DNA of 31,120 nt from an uncultured archaeon (GTDB lineage Archaea > Altiarchaeota > Altiarchaeia > JAFGQM01): positions 42,440 through 73,559 of the forward strand of contig CAZQBY010000004.1 in NCBI GenBank assembly GCA_964592405.1. Direction: 5' to 3'. Positions 1 to 9,448 of this stretch are shown here, one piece after another. The first letter of the stretch is position 1, and each line of letters opens with the position of its first letter. The translations under genes and the position numbers were made by a program. The notes under the pieces were generated by a model. That model saw nothing but the letters and a program-made list of their open reading frames with translations. It was not told the origin of the DNA and did no database searches.

Positions 1-38
1 GATAGCAGGACCGAGATAGCAGGACCGAGATAGCAGGA
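1..38. repeat. 14-bp tandem repeat GATAGCAGGACCGA (2.7 copies, possibly truncated by window edge)
   Basis: Exact copies at 1-14 and 15-28, partial copy at 29-38. Confidence 0.9.
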
Positions 39-117
39 TAAAGACGGAGCCAATGGGCAGAGAACTGATACCCATACCCAATAGCCCATTTTTATTGCTT
101 GAAATCTTAACCTAACT

Positions 118-495
118 ATGAAAAAAGAGACCGTGCCACCGGACCCATTCCAAACAAAGGAGTTCATGGTGCAGGCTGAAAAGGCACAGCCTTTAATGAC
201 TCTGGAGTATCTGAACAGCTGGGGGAACGAGTTTCTGTTCATCTTTCTGCTAATAGCAGGTGCCTTTTTGTTACTCTTTGTTAATCAGGTGTCGTCCACT
301 CTCCCGGGAACTGTTCCCACTATAATAGGGATTGACGTACCATCCTACTGGGCTACGCAGGTGCCGATATTCATACTCATAGTAGCGGCCATCGCCCTTG
401 CCATATACTATAATATGAGGAGGAGGTACATTGAGAATATGATGTACTTCTTCTACCAGAAGGTTGCTGAGCAGGAGCTCAAGAAAAAGGAATAA
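118..495 (+). CDS. Hypothetical membrane protein (2 TM helices), probably co-transcribed with the pilus locus
   Basis: 125-aa ORF with two hydrophobic segments (FLFIFLLIAGAFLLLFV; VPIFILIVAAIALAIYY), a TATA-like box upstream, and 33 bp to the next gene. Confidence 0.8.
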   Translation: MKKETVPPDPFQTKEFMVQAEKAQPLMTLEYLNSWGNEFLFIFLLIAGAFLLLFVNQVSSTLPGTVPTIIGIDVPSYWATQVPIFILIVAAIALAIYYNMRRRYIENMMYFFYQKVAEQELKKKE

Positions 496-528
496 GGCTT
501 ACATTTCAGTGAACTGAAGACCCGAAAG

Positions 529-2859
529 ATGCCACGCCCTGGGAGGAGGGAGGACGATAGGGATAGCCCTAGGACAGAGTCAGAGTCATTCAAGCAGAGC
601 CTCTACGGCGAGCTGACCACCCCGGAGGCCATGGAGGAGGCGGCTCGCAGGAAGGATAAGACGGAGGAGGACAAGGGCAAGTTCTTCGGCCACAAGAATT
701 TCTACTTCTGGCTCTATAACTTCACAAAGAAACATTTTGTAAAAAAGCCACCGAAGAGCTATGAGATGCCTACAGCCACGGAATTAGGGGCAAGAGCGGG
801 TAAAGGGGGCAAAAAAAAGAAACAACTTTCCAAACAATATATAGAGGCATTCGAGTTTCTTGGATGGGATTTGGATCCGGATGTTGTAATGAAGATGCCA
901 ATGGCCATCGGCATAATAGCTCTCATACTGGGCGTCATCATAGCAGCTGCCATATATCTGCCGCTCTCACAGACGCCCGAGATAAAGGCAGAGTGCGGCG
1001 ATGGTATCTGTGCTGAGCTTAAGGGTGAGGACCCAAACACGTGCCCGCAGGACTGCGCCGGTGATATAGTCCGTCGGGCCCAATCAGGGGCTAGAACAAG
1101 CCCCCTTCTCATGCTCATGATAATGTTTATACCAGTTTTCCTCACCTTGGGTCTCGTCTCCTACACACAGAGATATCCCATAAGCGCTGCTAATAACGAG
1201 AAGATGCGTGCCCTGACCTACGTCCCGGAGCTGATGAATTATATGGTCATGCAGATGCGTCTTCAGCCCAACTTGGAGAGGGCAGTGGAGTTTGCAGCTG
1301 AGCATGGAAAAGGACGCATAGCTGAAGAGTTTCGTGATATAGTCTGGAAAAATCAGGTAGGGATATATGACAGCATTGAGGAGGCCTTGGATGAGATGGC
1401 CTACCGCTGGGAGCCATACAGCGAGGAGTTCAAGCATGCCATAACCATGATAAGGGCCTCTGTGCTTGTTCCAGACAGTGTGGAGAGAAATGTCCTCTAT
1501 GACAAGGCAATTGAGGACATAACCGAGTCAACAAAGGACAAGATGGAGCTCTATGCCCACTCTATGAAGCAGCCCTCCATGTATCTGTTCTACATTGCAA
1601 TTCTCCTGCCACTAATGATAATAATAATGCTCCCGGTGGCTGCAGCCTTTGCAAATCTCCCCGTTGCTTCCACCCCCATACTAGTTGCGCTCTATATATT
1701 CATTCTGCCATTAATCACACTTTTCTATGCCAAATTTGTGCTTGCCAAACGGCCAGGGGGTTATGTTCCACCAGTGATAAGAGATGACCACCCCGAACTA
1801 CCAAAGAAGGGTACTATGGAGCTGGGGGGTATAAAGCTACCTGTCCTGCCGGTTGCCATAATGCTGTTAATAACCATAGTTGCTGTCGGCATGTTCATAG
1901 ATTCGGCTATCAAGATACCAAAAGAGCATCTTGCCGACTTGGAAGAGCAACTGGGCAAGAAGATAGAGCAACCAACAATACTCCAGTATATCATACCGCT
2001 GGCCATTGCCATACCTCTCGGGTTCTACCTGTATGGCATTAGCGTGAACAAGCGGAGAATACAGGAGAAGATACTAAAGATGGAGCTGGATTTCAAGGAT
2101 GCCATGTATCTGCTCGCCAGTCGTTTGGGTGACAAAAAACCACTTGAGGACGCACTAAAATATGTAAAGAAATTCATGCCGGAGAGCAAGGTGGCTACAG
2201 AACTCCTAGACAGTGTGGAGAGAAATATCATGGTCATGGGTTTGACACTGAAATCTGCAATATTTGATCCAGTGTATGGTGCTATGAAATATGTGCCCTC
2301 CAGACTGATAAACAGCTCATTCAAGATAATGGTGGACTCAATAGAACTGGGTCCGGAGGTGGCGTCTACATCCCTTATTTCTGTTTCCAACCAGATAAGA
2401 AATGTCCAAAAAATAAATGAGCTCATGAAGACACTCCTAGAGGATGTCACCAGTATGATGCGCTCAATGGCTACCTTCATAGCTCCTATAGTCTTGGGGG
2501 TAGTGGCTTCGCTACAGCAGATCATAACTGCCGTCGTTTCCCCCTTACAGGCCAACAGCGGCACAATAGCCGATAAGGGTTCTGCGGCAGCAATAGAGAG
2601 TGCGCGTGGCAGTCTTGGTGGCATAGGCAGCATAGGCAATATAACCAGCATGGCCACCCCGTTTGAATTTCAGCTGATAATCGCCCTGTATGTCGTAGAA
2701 CTGGTGATAATACTGGCTTATTTCGCCGGCAAAATCAATTATGGTGATAACAGGACAGCGATAATGATGACAATAGGTAAGGCACTTCCCATAGCAATAT
2801 CCATCTTTGTTGTTGCCCTCTATTTTGGCAGCGGGTTGATGGCCGGCATGGCAGGGTGA
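529..2859 (+). CDS. Type II secretion system F-family / TadC-ArlJ-like pilus platform membrane protein (two T2SSF-like halves)
   Basis: 776 aa with multiple TM clusters. ALTYVPELMNYMVMQMRLQPNLERAVEFAAE..G.IAEEF and LDFKDAMYLLASRLGDKKPLEDAL are typical T2SSF segments. Followed by pilin-like genes. Confidence 0.85.
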   Translation: MPRPGRREDDRDSPRTESESFKQSLYGELTTPEAMEEAARRKDKTEEDKGKFFGHKNFYFWLYNFTKKHFVKKPPKSYEMPTATELGARAGKGGKKKKQLSKQYIEAFEFLGWDLDPDVVMKMPMAIGIIALILGVIIAAAIYLPLSQTPEIKAECGDGICAELKGEDPNTCPQDCAGDIVRRAQSGARTSPLLMLMIMFIPVFLTLGLVSYTQRYPISAANNEKMRALTYVPELMNYMVMQMRLQPNLERAVEFAAEHGKGRIAEEFRDIVWKNQVGIYDSIEEALDEMAYRWEPYSEEFKHAITMIRASVLVPDSVERNVLYDKAIEDITESTKDKMELYAHSMKQPSMYLFYIAILLPLMIIIMLPVAAAFANLPVASTPILVALYIFILPLITLFYAKFVLAKRPGGYVPPVIRDDHPELPKKGTMELGGIKLPVLPVAIMLLITIVAVGMFIDSAIKIPKEHLADLEEQLGKKIEQPTILQYIIPLAIAIPLGFYLYGISVNKRRIQEKILKMELDFKDAMYLLASRLGDKKPLEDALKYVKKFMPESKVATELLDSVERNIMVMGLTLKSAIFDPVYGAMKYVPSRLINSSFKIMVDSIELGPEVASTSLISVSNQIRNVQKINELMKTLLEDVTSMMRSMATFIAPIVLGVVASLQQIITAVVSPLQANSGTIADKGSAAAIESARGSLGGIGSIGNITSMATPFEFQLIIALYVVELVIILAYFAGKINYGDNRTAIMMTIGKALPIAISIFVVALYFGSGLMAGMAG

Positions 2860-2917
2860 CAGGTTGATTTCAGCTTTTTATAATCCTACACTTAATAATA
2901 CAAAGGAGTCCAACAAG

Positions 2918-3379
2918 ATGAACATAATCGGAAACAAGAGAGGCCAGGGCGGCGATACCTTCAAGCTGCTCATAGCCGCTGTTGTGGCCATGGTTATATT
3001 GGGCATCGTTACGGGTGTTTTTCAGAACATATGGGCTACCGTGGGCGGTATTACCTGTGTATCCAGCCCCATAAATGAGATGGTGACCAAGATACAGAAG
3101 GCACAGGCAGGTATAACAACTGCCACGGGTGCAATCTGTATGAATGCCGGCGAGATGTTTACCAGTGCTGCCCTGACAAGCAAAGTGACGAACTTGGACA
3201 AAGTTTCCTTCACGTGCCAAGGCGCGGCCGTCTGCAAAAATGGTGATCCAATATTTGTTTCGCCAGACTCCATAGAGGCGAAGAAGGACGCTAAATTCAA
3301 GGGTCTGATAACCTGCACCCCCAGCGGCGCACAGGGCGACTACGATTGCACTATCGTTATACAGAGTGCAAGCACATGA
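2918..3379 (+). CDS. Class III signal peptide protein (probable major pilin)
   Basis: ATG at 2918 with GGAG at 2905. MNIIGNKRG/QGGDTFKLLIAAVVAMVILGIV, 6 Cys. Has its own TATA-like TTTTTATA at 2875. Confidence 0.8.
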   Translation: MNIIGNKRGQGGDTFKLLIAAVVAMVILGIVTGVFQNIWATVGGITCVSSPINEMVTKIQKAQAGITTATGAICMNAGEMFTSAALTSKVTNLDKVSFTCQGAAVCKNGDPIFVSPDSIEAKKDAKFKGLITCTPSGAQGDYDCTIVIQSAST

Positions 3380-3615
3380 TGCCTCTTGGCACTAAAGGAC
3401 AGGGAGAGTCCCTCATAAAACTCTTGGTGGTAGCCATAATAGCTATCATAGCTTTGGCATTGGCCAAGAGCTACTTCCGCGAGTCCTCCAGACATACCCA
3501 ACAGACTGTTGAAGAGATATTTGAACCAGCTTCTACAACTACAAATACCCTCATCCATGTCAGTCCTCCCATACTGTCGCTACTAATTTCTTCTTTTTCA
3601 TTTCAGGTGTTGTAA
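3376..3615 (+). CDS. Small class III signal peptide protein (pilin-like)
   Basis: ATGA overlap with the previous stop. MMPLGTKG/QGESLIKLLVVAIIAIIALALA. Confidence 0.7.
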   Translation: MMPLGTKGQGESLIKLLVVAIIAIIALALAKSYFRESSRHTQQTVEEIFEPASTTTNTLIHVSPPILSLLISSFSFQVL

Positions 3616-3617
3616 TC

Positions 3618-4160
3618 ATGAGACAGAAGGGATTTGCAGGTGGGCCGTTTCAGTTGCTGATAAGCATAATAGTCTTTGGCATGGCGTTGCTCATAGGGGC
3701 GTATCTCTTTGGCATGATTGACTGCTGGAAGTGCAATGAACTACTCAAGATACAGATGACTAATCTGCGCGAGGCTATAACCAGTGTGGGAAAGGGGGAT
3801 GTCAACAGCAGAAAGAACCTGTTAGTCAAACTTGAAGACATCGGATCATGTGCCAAGGGCATCTATATAAAGAAGATAAGTGCTGCCGAAAACCTGCGTT
3901 GCAGGAGTTTCTGCCCCAATCACCCAAACAGCTGTTGGGTCGTCATAGCCGAGAGTACCTGTGGTGACCAGGACTTACAGATAGAATGTGCAGATATAAA
4001 CGGCGACATGATCATAGATGCAGAACCGGGCCTGCTGGGCAGGATAACCACAACCTCGAACCCATGGCTGGAGGGGGCCTACTCGTTCTCACATACCCTT
4101 CCGATAATGATAGAGAAGACCGGCCCGCTGGAGATAATGATAAAGAGGCAGGGCAGCTAA
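3618..4160 (+). CDS. Cys-rich class III signal peptide protein (minor pilin-like)
   Basis: MRQKG/FAGGPFQLLISIIVFGMALLIG, 8 Cys, 2-bp spacing from the previous gene. Confidence 0.75.
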   Translation: MRQKGFAGGPFQLLISIIVFGMALLIGAYLFGMIDCWKCNELLKIQMTNLREAITSVGKGDVNSRKNLLVKLEDIGSCAKGIYIKKISAAENLRCRSFCPNHPNSCWVVIAESTCGDQDLQIECADINGDMIIDAEPGLLGRITTTSNPWLEGAYSFSHTLPIMIEKTGPLEIMIKRQGS

Positions 4161-4161
4161 A

Positions 4162-4734
4162 ATGAAACTTCTAAAAAACACTAAGGGGCTTTACGAATAC
4201 GTCCTTACAAAGAGTGTTATGCTCATTTTTATTCTGGGTTTGGTCAGTATATTCTACAGTTTGTATCACAATACAAACATAAACAGTGCTGATACCATAG
4301 CAAATTCGGAGGCGGACAGGATAGCCAAAGAGATTGATGATGTAATAGGTCTAAAGGGAGTGAGCAATACTATGACTATCCATTTGAAACGTGAACTGAG
4401 AGTTGGAAATATGGTCGTTCCGTACAGCTTTGAGATAACCGACACCGGTTTGGTAATAATACGGCTCCTGCAGCACCCTTACGAGGATATCCAAGGTATT
4501 GCAAGATTCGGACTAAACATGGGGCGTGTTGGAGGGAAGGATAAAATATTTTGTAACTGGAGGCAAATACAGAGTGGGGCCTACTTCAATGTCACAAAAG
4601 AGAGCGAATTTGTTTACCGTCCACCGCCCGCAAAGCCCGAAGGCCTTATTCATATAATCAGGGTGAAGATAGATGCAGTTGAATCCTGTACGGATTTCAT
4701 GCTCTTCCAAGCAAACTATACGCAAGTATCATGA
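4162..4734 (+). CDS. Class III signal peptide protein (minor pilin-like)
   Basis: MKLLKNTKG/LYEYVLTKSVMLIFILGLVSIFY followed by an amphipathic helix (ANSEADRIAKEID). Confidence 0.7.
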   Translation: MKLLKNTKGLYEYVLTKSVMLIFILGLVSIFYSLYHNTNINSADTIANSEADRIAKEIDDVIGLKGVSNTMTIHLKRELRVGNMVVPYSFEITDTGLVIIRLLQHPYEDIQGIARFGLNMGRVGGKDKIFCNWRQIQSGAYFNVTKESEFVYRPPPAKPEGLIHIIRVKIDAVESCTDFMLFQANYTQVS

Positions 4735-5189
4735 AAACAAGGGGCCAGGGGAGTGTGTTCAGCGGAGATGTGCCGGCAATAATAATGATAGTTTTGAGTA
4801 TAGGCTTCTTCATGTCCTCAGTATATCTAGCACTGGATCACTTCAATTCAATCAAGGCCAATCTGGATATAGAAAGTGCCCTTGTCGATGCAGCCTCAGT
4901 GTTCCTAAAGGAGAATGCCAAGATCAAACCATCTGACTTGAGTAGCAACTCCCAGTTCTGGAATCTAAGAATAGCCAGGATAGAAAACAGCAAGGGGGTG
5001 AAGATATATACTGAGCTGAGGGCTCTTGATCCAATGTCTGCATGCTTCAATGAGGGCGAGTGCGTAGCTGGAAAGCCGCCTCCAGATAATACGGAACTGC
5101 TCTCAAAGAGATTCCCTATAGCTCTCAAGAGCGGTGATACTGATCTGGAGGTTTATCCTGCATTGGTCAAGATATCAGTATATAAATAA
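4731..5189 (+). CDS. Class III signal peptide protein (minor pilin-like)
   Basis: MKTRG/QGSVFSGDVPAIIMIVLSIGFF, ATGA overlap with the previous gene. Confidence 0.75.
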   Translation: MKTRGQGSVFSGDVPAIIMIVLSIGFFMSSVYLALDHFNSIKANLDIESALVDAASVFLKENAKIKPSDLSSNSQFWNLRIARIENSKGVKIYTELRALDPMSACFNEGECVAGKPPPDNTELLSKRFPIALKSGDTDLEVYPALVKISVYK

Positions 5190-5192
5190 TAA

Positions 5193-5789
5193 ATGGACAT
5201 CATGCCAAAGAAGTTCATGCTGAGGAAGGGGCAGGCAGAGATCATGGACGGACTTATCTTGATGCTGATAGCAGCCATATGCTCAACAGTCCTCCTGCAT
5301 ATATCATCTACTTATGGTGTAATTCCAACAGAGATCTATGAAGAAACCTATGCGCAAAAACTAGCTCAGAACACTCTCCTTTCTCTCTACCACATAACAT
5401 ATCTTGACGATGTAAACTCCCCATTTTACAAGAAGTCCATCATGGTAGCAGTTTCACAAGAGCTTTCCTCTGGCAACAGGAATTTTGGCAATGTCGGGAA
5501 TGTAGCAGGCGACATGCTACGCAACATACTACAGACCTATTCCCAAGAGCTTGGCTGGCATTTCATGTTCGCCATAATCTCAGGAGACACGATATTTGAT
5601 GAATCTATAGTATCCACCGACCCGAGCGTCACTAATAGCCGGACCTTCAAACAGAATGTTGGCAACCCATCTTGTGCAAGTGCGGCACTCACCTATCCAA
5701 AGGGAGACTGTTCAACAGGTGGCGGTGGCTCAGCCGGCAATAGCAATATGTGTTATGCAATATTCGAGATATGCACCTGGCAATCCTGA
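5193..5789 (+). CDS. Class III signal peptide protein (minor pilin-like)
   Basis: ..FMLRKG/QAEIMDGLILMLIAAICSTVLL. The true start may be a downstream Met. Confidence 0.75.
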   Translation: MDIMPKKFMLRKGQAEIMDGLILMLIAAICSTVLLHISSTYGVIPTEIYEETYAQKLAQNTLLSLYHITYLDDVNSPFYKKSIMVAVSQELSSGNRNFGNVGNVAGDMLRNILQTYSQELGWHFMFAIISGDTIFDESIVSTDPSVTNSRTFKQNVGNPSCASAALTYPKGDCSTGGGGSAGNSNMCYAIFEICTWQS

Positions 5790-5858
5790 TATTCTTTGTT
5801 TCCGGTTCTGAATGGGGAGAAGAAGGGTGCCGAAAAGGAAGGAGAAAGTGGGATAGGT

Positions 5859-7328
5859 CTATGCAGGCATCCTCCTTTTCATGGCGAATTCTTCTTGGCA
5901 GTGTGGACATTTATACTTGATATAATCTTCAGATCCCTCCACCGATGCAGCGCAGTTTGAACATAATGGTTTTCCGCACGAGGGGCAATAGACGATTATA
6001 GTGCCCTTCTTACCACAATTTGGACATCCTCCCGTAGTCCCACCCACGTCAACAAACATACCATCAAAGTCGCCAGAGTCCAAGCCTTGGTCAAGATCCT
6101 CCAGATCCGAAAGCTCTCCAAATTCCTCGTCAAGCCCCCCCAGCTCACTGAAATCACCAAACTCCTCTCCCATCTCACCTCCAAAAGACAAATCGGCTTC
6201 GGATATCTCTATACCCTCTTCAGTCTGCGGCATCTTAGAGCCTTCGGGTTTTGGAGTCTTCTGATACCACCGGACCTCCTCTCCCTCATCAGCTTCCTTT
6301 TCACCACCTGTCCTCTTTGGCTCAATGAGCTGCTGGCGAACGTCTCCAACGACCTCTTTGAGTATGTCCTCCCCGCCTCTCCTTCTGTGGCCTCTTGCAT
6401 GGCTGACCAAACTTCTCTCTATTTCCCTTTCCGGTTCCTCATGCTCAGGGCGGACATGCTTGGGTTTTGTCTCCCCTCTTCCCTCCCCCCCTCCAGATTT
6501 CATCTCCCTGATGGCCCGTGCTATCTCCATCACATCCTCTTTTTTGTAGTCCTCCACACTTTTCTCCGGCTCCCTCTCACTTATCTTTTCCTTAAGTCTT
6601 CTGAGAAGTTCTTCTGATTTTTGCCTTTTATCTGTATCTTCGGTAGTAGTTTCTTTCAACTTGGCTTCCAGCTCCATAAGCAGTTCCCGCCTTTCCTTTT
6701 CTATCTCCTCAGGGGATCTTGTTTCTTTGCCTGATTCTATTCTCTCAAGTCGCACCTCTTTTGCGGTTGTTTCTTCGGGTTTTCTCCTCTCTTCCCTTTT
6801 CTCCTCTTTTTTCCTTTCTCTGATAACAGACATTCTTATCTTCTCTAGGAGCGGCTTGATATCTGTTTCATCCTTGACAACATTCTCTAGGTCCTTTGTT
6901 ATCTTTGATATTTCTCTTTCCCTACGCTTCTTCTTGTTCCTGACTATCTCCTGCTTTATACCATATTTTATTACGTGTTTGGGGATTCCCACAACCCTGG
7001 TCTCTCGTCGCCTGACCATGAAGAATTCCACGAGCGACGTGTTGATTATCAAAACCACTAGAAATAATACAAAAGTGAGTATTGTGCTCCCTTCTGATTC
7101 AAAGAGGATGGGGTCAGAGCCCAAAGGCGAGTACAGGGGCACTAACATTTCCGAGAGAGACACTATAACTGTTGGCACATATGCCACAAGTCCAAATATA
7201 ATGAACAGGACCAATCTTCTGTGTTTCAGGTAAGTCTTTATATCCGGATAGACAAACCTGAGGCTATACATCCCCGTGATAGGGCTGATCAGCAACAGTA
7301 TCACATAGGGTATGTAAGCTGTTATCAT
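5859..7328 (-). CDS. Hypothetical membrane protein: 3 N-terminal TMs, charged coiled coil, acidic linker, C-terminal 8-Cys zinc finger
   Basis: 489 aa. Hydrophobic N-terminus, E/K/R-rich middle, CPNC..CPSC..CSNC..CPHC at the C-terminus. Confidence 0.8.
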   Translation of the reverse strand: MITAYIPYVILLLISPITGMYSLRFVYPDIKTYLKHRRLVLFIIFGLVAYVPTVIVSLSEMLVPLYSPLGSDPILFESEGSTILTFVLFLVVLIINTSLVEFFMVRRRETRVVGIPKHVIKYGIKQEIVRNKKKRREREISKITKDLENVVKDETDIKPLLEKIRMSVIRERKKEEKREERRKPEETTAKEVRLERIESGKETRSPEEIEKERRELLMELEAKLKETTTEDTDKRQKSEELLRRLKEKISEREPEKSVEDYKKEDVMEIARAIREMKSGGGEGRGETKPKHVRPEHEEPEREIERSLVSHARGHRRRGGEDILKEVVGDVRQQLIEPKRTGGEKEADEGEEVRWYQKTPKPEGSKMPQTEEGIEISEADLSFGGEMGEEFGDFSELGGLDEEFGELSDLEDLDQGLDSGDFDGMFVDVGGTTGGCPNCGKKGTIIVYCPSCGKPLCSNCAASVEGSEDYIKYKCPHCQEEFAMKRRMPA

Positions 7329-7429
7329 AGCATTTATATTCCCTATGGAAAAATAAAAGCAAAAAATAAAAGCATGAAAAAAGAGAACTGCCCTTTTTGC
7401 CCTATGCTGCTATAAATCCATGGTGGATC

Positions 7430-7468
7430 GGCTATTTACGGGCAAGTTCTGGCTATTTACGTGCAAGT
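7430..7468. repeat. Direct repeat GGCTATTTACG(G/T)GCAAGT, period 21 bp
   Basis: Copies at 7430-7447 and 7451-7468 with one mismatch. Confidence 0.85.
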
Positions 7469-7512
7469 GACTGGCAATTGCCTTGGGCCTGGGGCATAAC
7501 ATGGAGGTCTGC

Positions 7513-7881
7513 ATGATTAATATTGTGGTGAGAGCGGTTATAAATCCTACAGAGAGCGAGGATAAGGTCTCAAGGGCCGTTGAGAACCTGTTTCCAAATA
7601 TGGAGTTCAATAGAGAGGAAAACGAGCTGGTGGCAAGGGGTAATGACATCAACGACTTAGCAGCCCTTAAGGAGCTTCTAAAAAACCAGAATATTAGGGA
7701 TGCTGCGCGCAGTTTTCTGTCCAAATATGAAGAAGGCAATACGCTTTTATTCGAGCTTAACAAACAGGCGGCCTTTGCAGGCAGGGCAAATTTTGTAGAT
7801 TTTGATATTGCCCTTGGAGCAATAACTGTTGAAATAAAGGGGAGCAATTTACAAGGCCTGATAGACTGGTTGTGTAACTAG
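7513..7881 (+). CDS. UPF0201 family putative RNA-binding protein (COG1931-like)
   Basis: INPTESEDKVSRAVENLFP, IRDAAR and LNKQAAFAG motifs. GGAGGT RBS at 7503-7508 before ATG 7513. Confidence 0.88.
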   Translation: MINIVVRAVINPTESEDKVSRAVENLFPNMEFNREENELVARGNDINDLAALKELLKNQNIRDAARSFLSKYEEGNTLLFELNKQAAFAGRANFVDFDIALGAITVEIKGSNLQGLIDWLCN

Positions 7882-7901
7882 ATAGACTGGTTGTGTAACT
7901 A
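7860..7901. repeat. Perfect 21-bp tandem duplication spanning the stop codon
   Basis: GATAGACTGGTTGTGTAACTA at 7860-7880 and 7881-7901. Confidence 0.92.
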
Positions 7902-7941
7902 AAAAATAACCTAAACTAAAAGCTATTATAAGCTAAAATAG

Positions 7942-9405
7942 CTAGGACAGCCTTTCGACCAGTTTATTTATTCCAACCCTTTCCTGTTTCATCGAGTCGC
8001 GCTCTCTGATGGTTACAGTGCCGTCCTTGAGTGTATCGTAGTCTATGGTGATACAGAATGGTGTACCGATTTCATCCGCTCGTGCATATCGTCTCCCTAT
8101 GCTTCCTGAAGCATCCCACTGTATATAGAGCCCAGCTCTCCTGAGTTTCTCGAACACTTCGCGCGCTTTTTCAGCTATGCCGTCCTTATTCACCAGCGGA
8201 AAAACAGCTGCCCTATAAGGTGCAACCTCGTTTGGGAACCTAAAGTAAACCCTTTCCTTCTTCCCACTTTGCTCTGTGAAGCAGCTCTCCAAAACACAAT
8301 AAAAAGGTCTATCGATACCATAAGCTACTTCGATTACATGCGGCACGAACTTCCTGCCGTCTTTGCTCACTTCCATACTAACCCTGCTGAGATTCTGATG
8401 CGCCCTTAAGTCATAGTCAGTCCTGTCAGATATTCCAACCATTTCAATCCTGCCAAAGTCCCTACTGAGGAATTCTATATCCCACGTATCGCTGGAATAG
8501 AAGGCCCTTTCGTCATCCTTATGTTGCCTCATCTGAAGGCGGTTTGTATCTATGCCCATCTTCTCAAATAGCTTCCAAGCACGACCTAAGGCATAGGCTA
8601 TCATGGGAATTTTGATTAATCCGCTATCCAATGCCTGATTAATACTAATCTCTTCAGCCTGATTTCCTGCTTCTTGCATATCCTTGGACCATATCTTGGC
8701 TTTTATATGCCCAACCTCATCAAGGCGTCCGGCATTCTTGTTTTCTGGATCCATGAAATACTGTATCTCTGCCTGTGTGAACTCCCTAAGGCGTATCATC
8801 CCCTGCCGGGGGGATATCTCGTTTCTGAAGGAGCGGCCTATCTGGAGGACGCCCAGGGGGAGATTTTCCCTCCCGGCGGCGTAGAGGCGCTTGAAGAGAA
8901 GGTATGTGGTCTGGGCGGTTTCCGGTCTAAGATATGCAGTGATCTTCTTCCTCCCCGGTCCTATGTAGGTCTTAAACATGAGGTTATAGTCATATGGTTC
9001 ACCCAGCGTGCCATGACACTTGGGGCATGTTATTTTTGCCCTGATTATATGCTCCTTCAGTTCGGCGATACCCATGCCGTCTGTCTGAATGTTCATACGC
9101 TCTGCCACTAGGTGGTCTGCCCTGTAAGGTTCCCCGCACTTCTGACATTCGACCAGAATATCTGAGAAGGATTTCACATGGCCAGAGGCCACCCATGGAT
9201 CCTCTGGTGTAACTGTAGGGCAGCTAACTTCGAGGCAACCCTCCTCGACTATGTAGTGCCTTCTTATCAGCTCCTCAATATTTCTCTTCAATAGGGACCC
9301 CACAGGGCCATAGTCATAGAAGCCCTTCACTCCGCCATATATCTCAAAGGATGGCCACACAAAACCCCTTCTGAGGGAGATATCCATAACCTTTTCCTTC
9401 ACCAT
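7942..9405 (-). CDS. glyS: Glycine--tRNA ligase (homodimeric archaeal/eukaryotic type)
   Basis: RRGF..SFEIYGG..GFYDYGP, YLRPETAQ, FRNEISPRQG.IRLREFTQAE, PHVIE..GIDR, SIGRRYARADEIGTPFCITID. Start placed at the Met at 9405. Confidence 0.96.
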   Translation of the reverse strand: MVKEKVMDISLRRGFVWPSFEIYGGVKGFYDYGPVGSLLKRNIEELIRRHYIVEEGCLEVSCPTVTPEDPWVASGHVKSFSDILVECQKCGEPYRADHLVAERMNIQTDGMGIAELKEHIIRAKITCPKCHGTLGEPYDYNLMFKTYIGPGRKKITAYLRPETAQTTYLLFKRLYAAGRENLPLGVLQIGRSFRNEISPRQGMIRLREFTQAEIQYFMDPENKNAGRLDEVGHIKAKIWSKDMQEAGNQAEEISINQALDSGLIKIPMIAYALGRAWKLFEKMGIDTNRLQMRQHKDDERAFYSSDTWDIEFLSRDFGRIEMVGISDRTDYDLRAHQNLSRVSMEVSKDGRKFVPHVIEVAYGIDRPFYCVLESCFTEQSGKKERVYFRFPNEVAPYRAAVFPLVNKDGIAEKAREVFEKLRRAGLYIQWDASGSIGRRYARADEIGTPFCITIDYDTLKDGTVTIRERDSMKQERVGINKLVERLS

Positions 9406-9448
9406 CTTGTGTATTTTAAAAAGCCTGATGAAAAAGCTACTCAAAGAG

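Noticed and set aside
1-38. Possible CRISPR array at the window start
   Set aside because: The 14-bp units are contiguous with no spacers, and no cas genes are present.
2918-5789. Archaellum operon
   Set aside because: No archaellin-type N-terminus (GIGTLIVFIAMVLVAAV-like) and no arlH/arlI or chemotaxis genes in the window.
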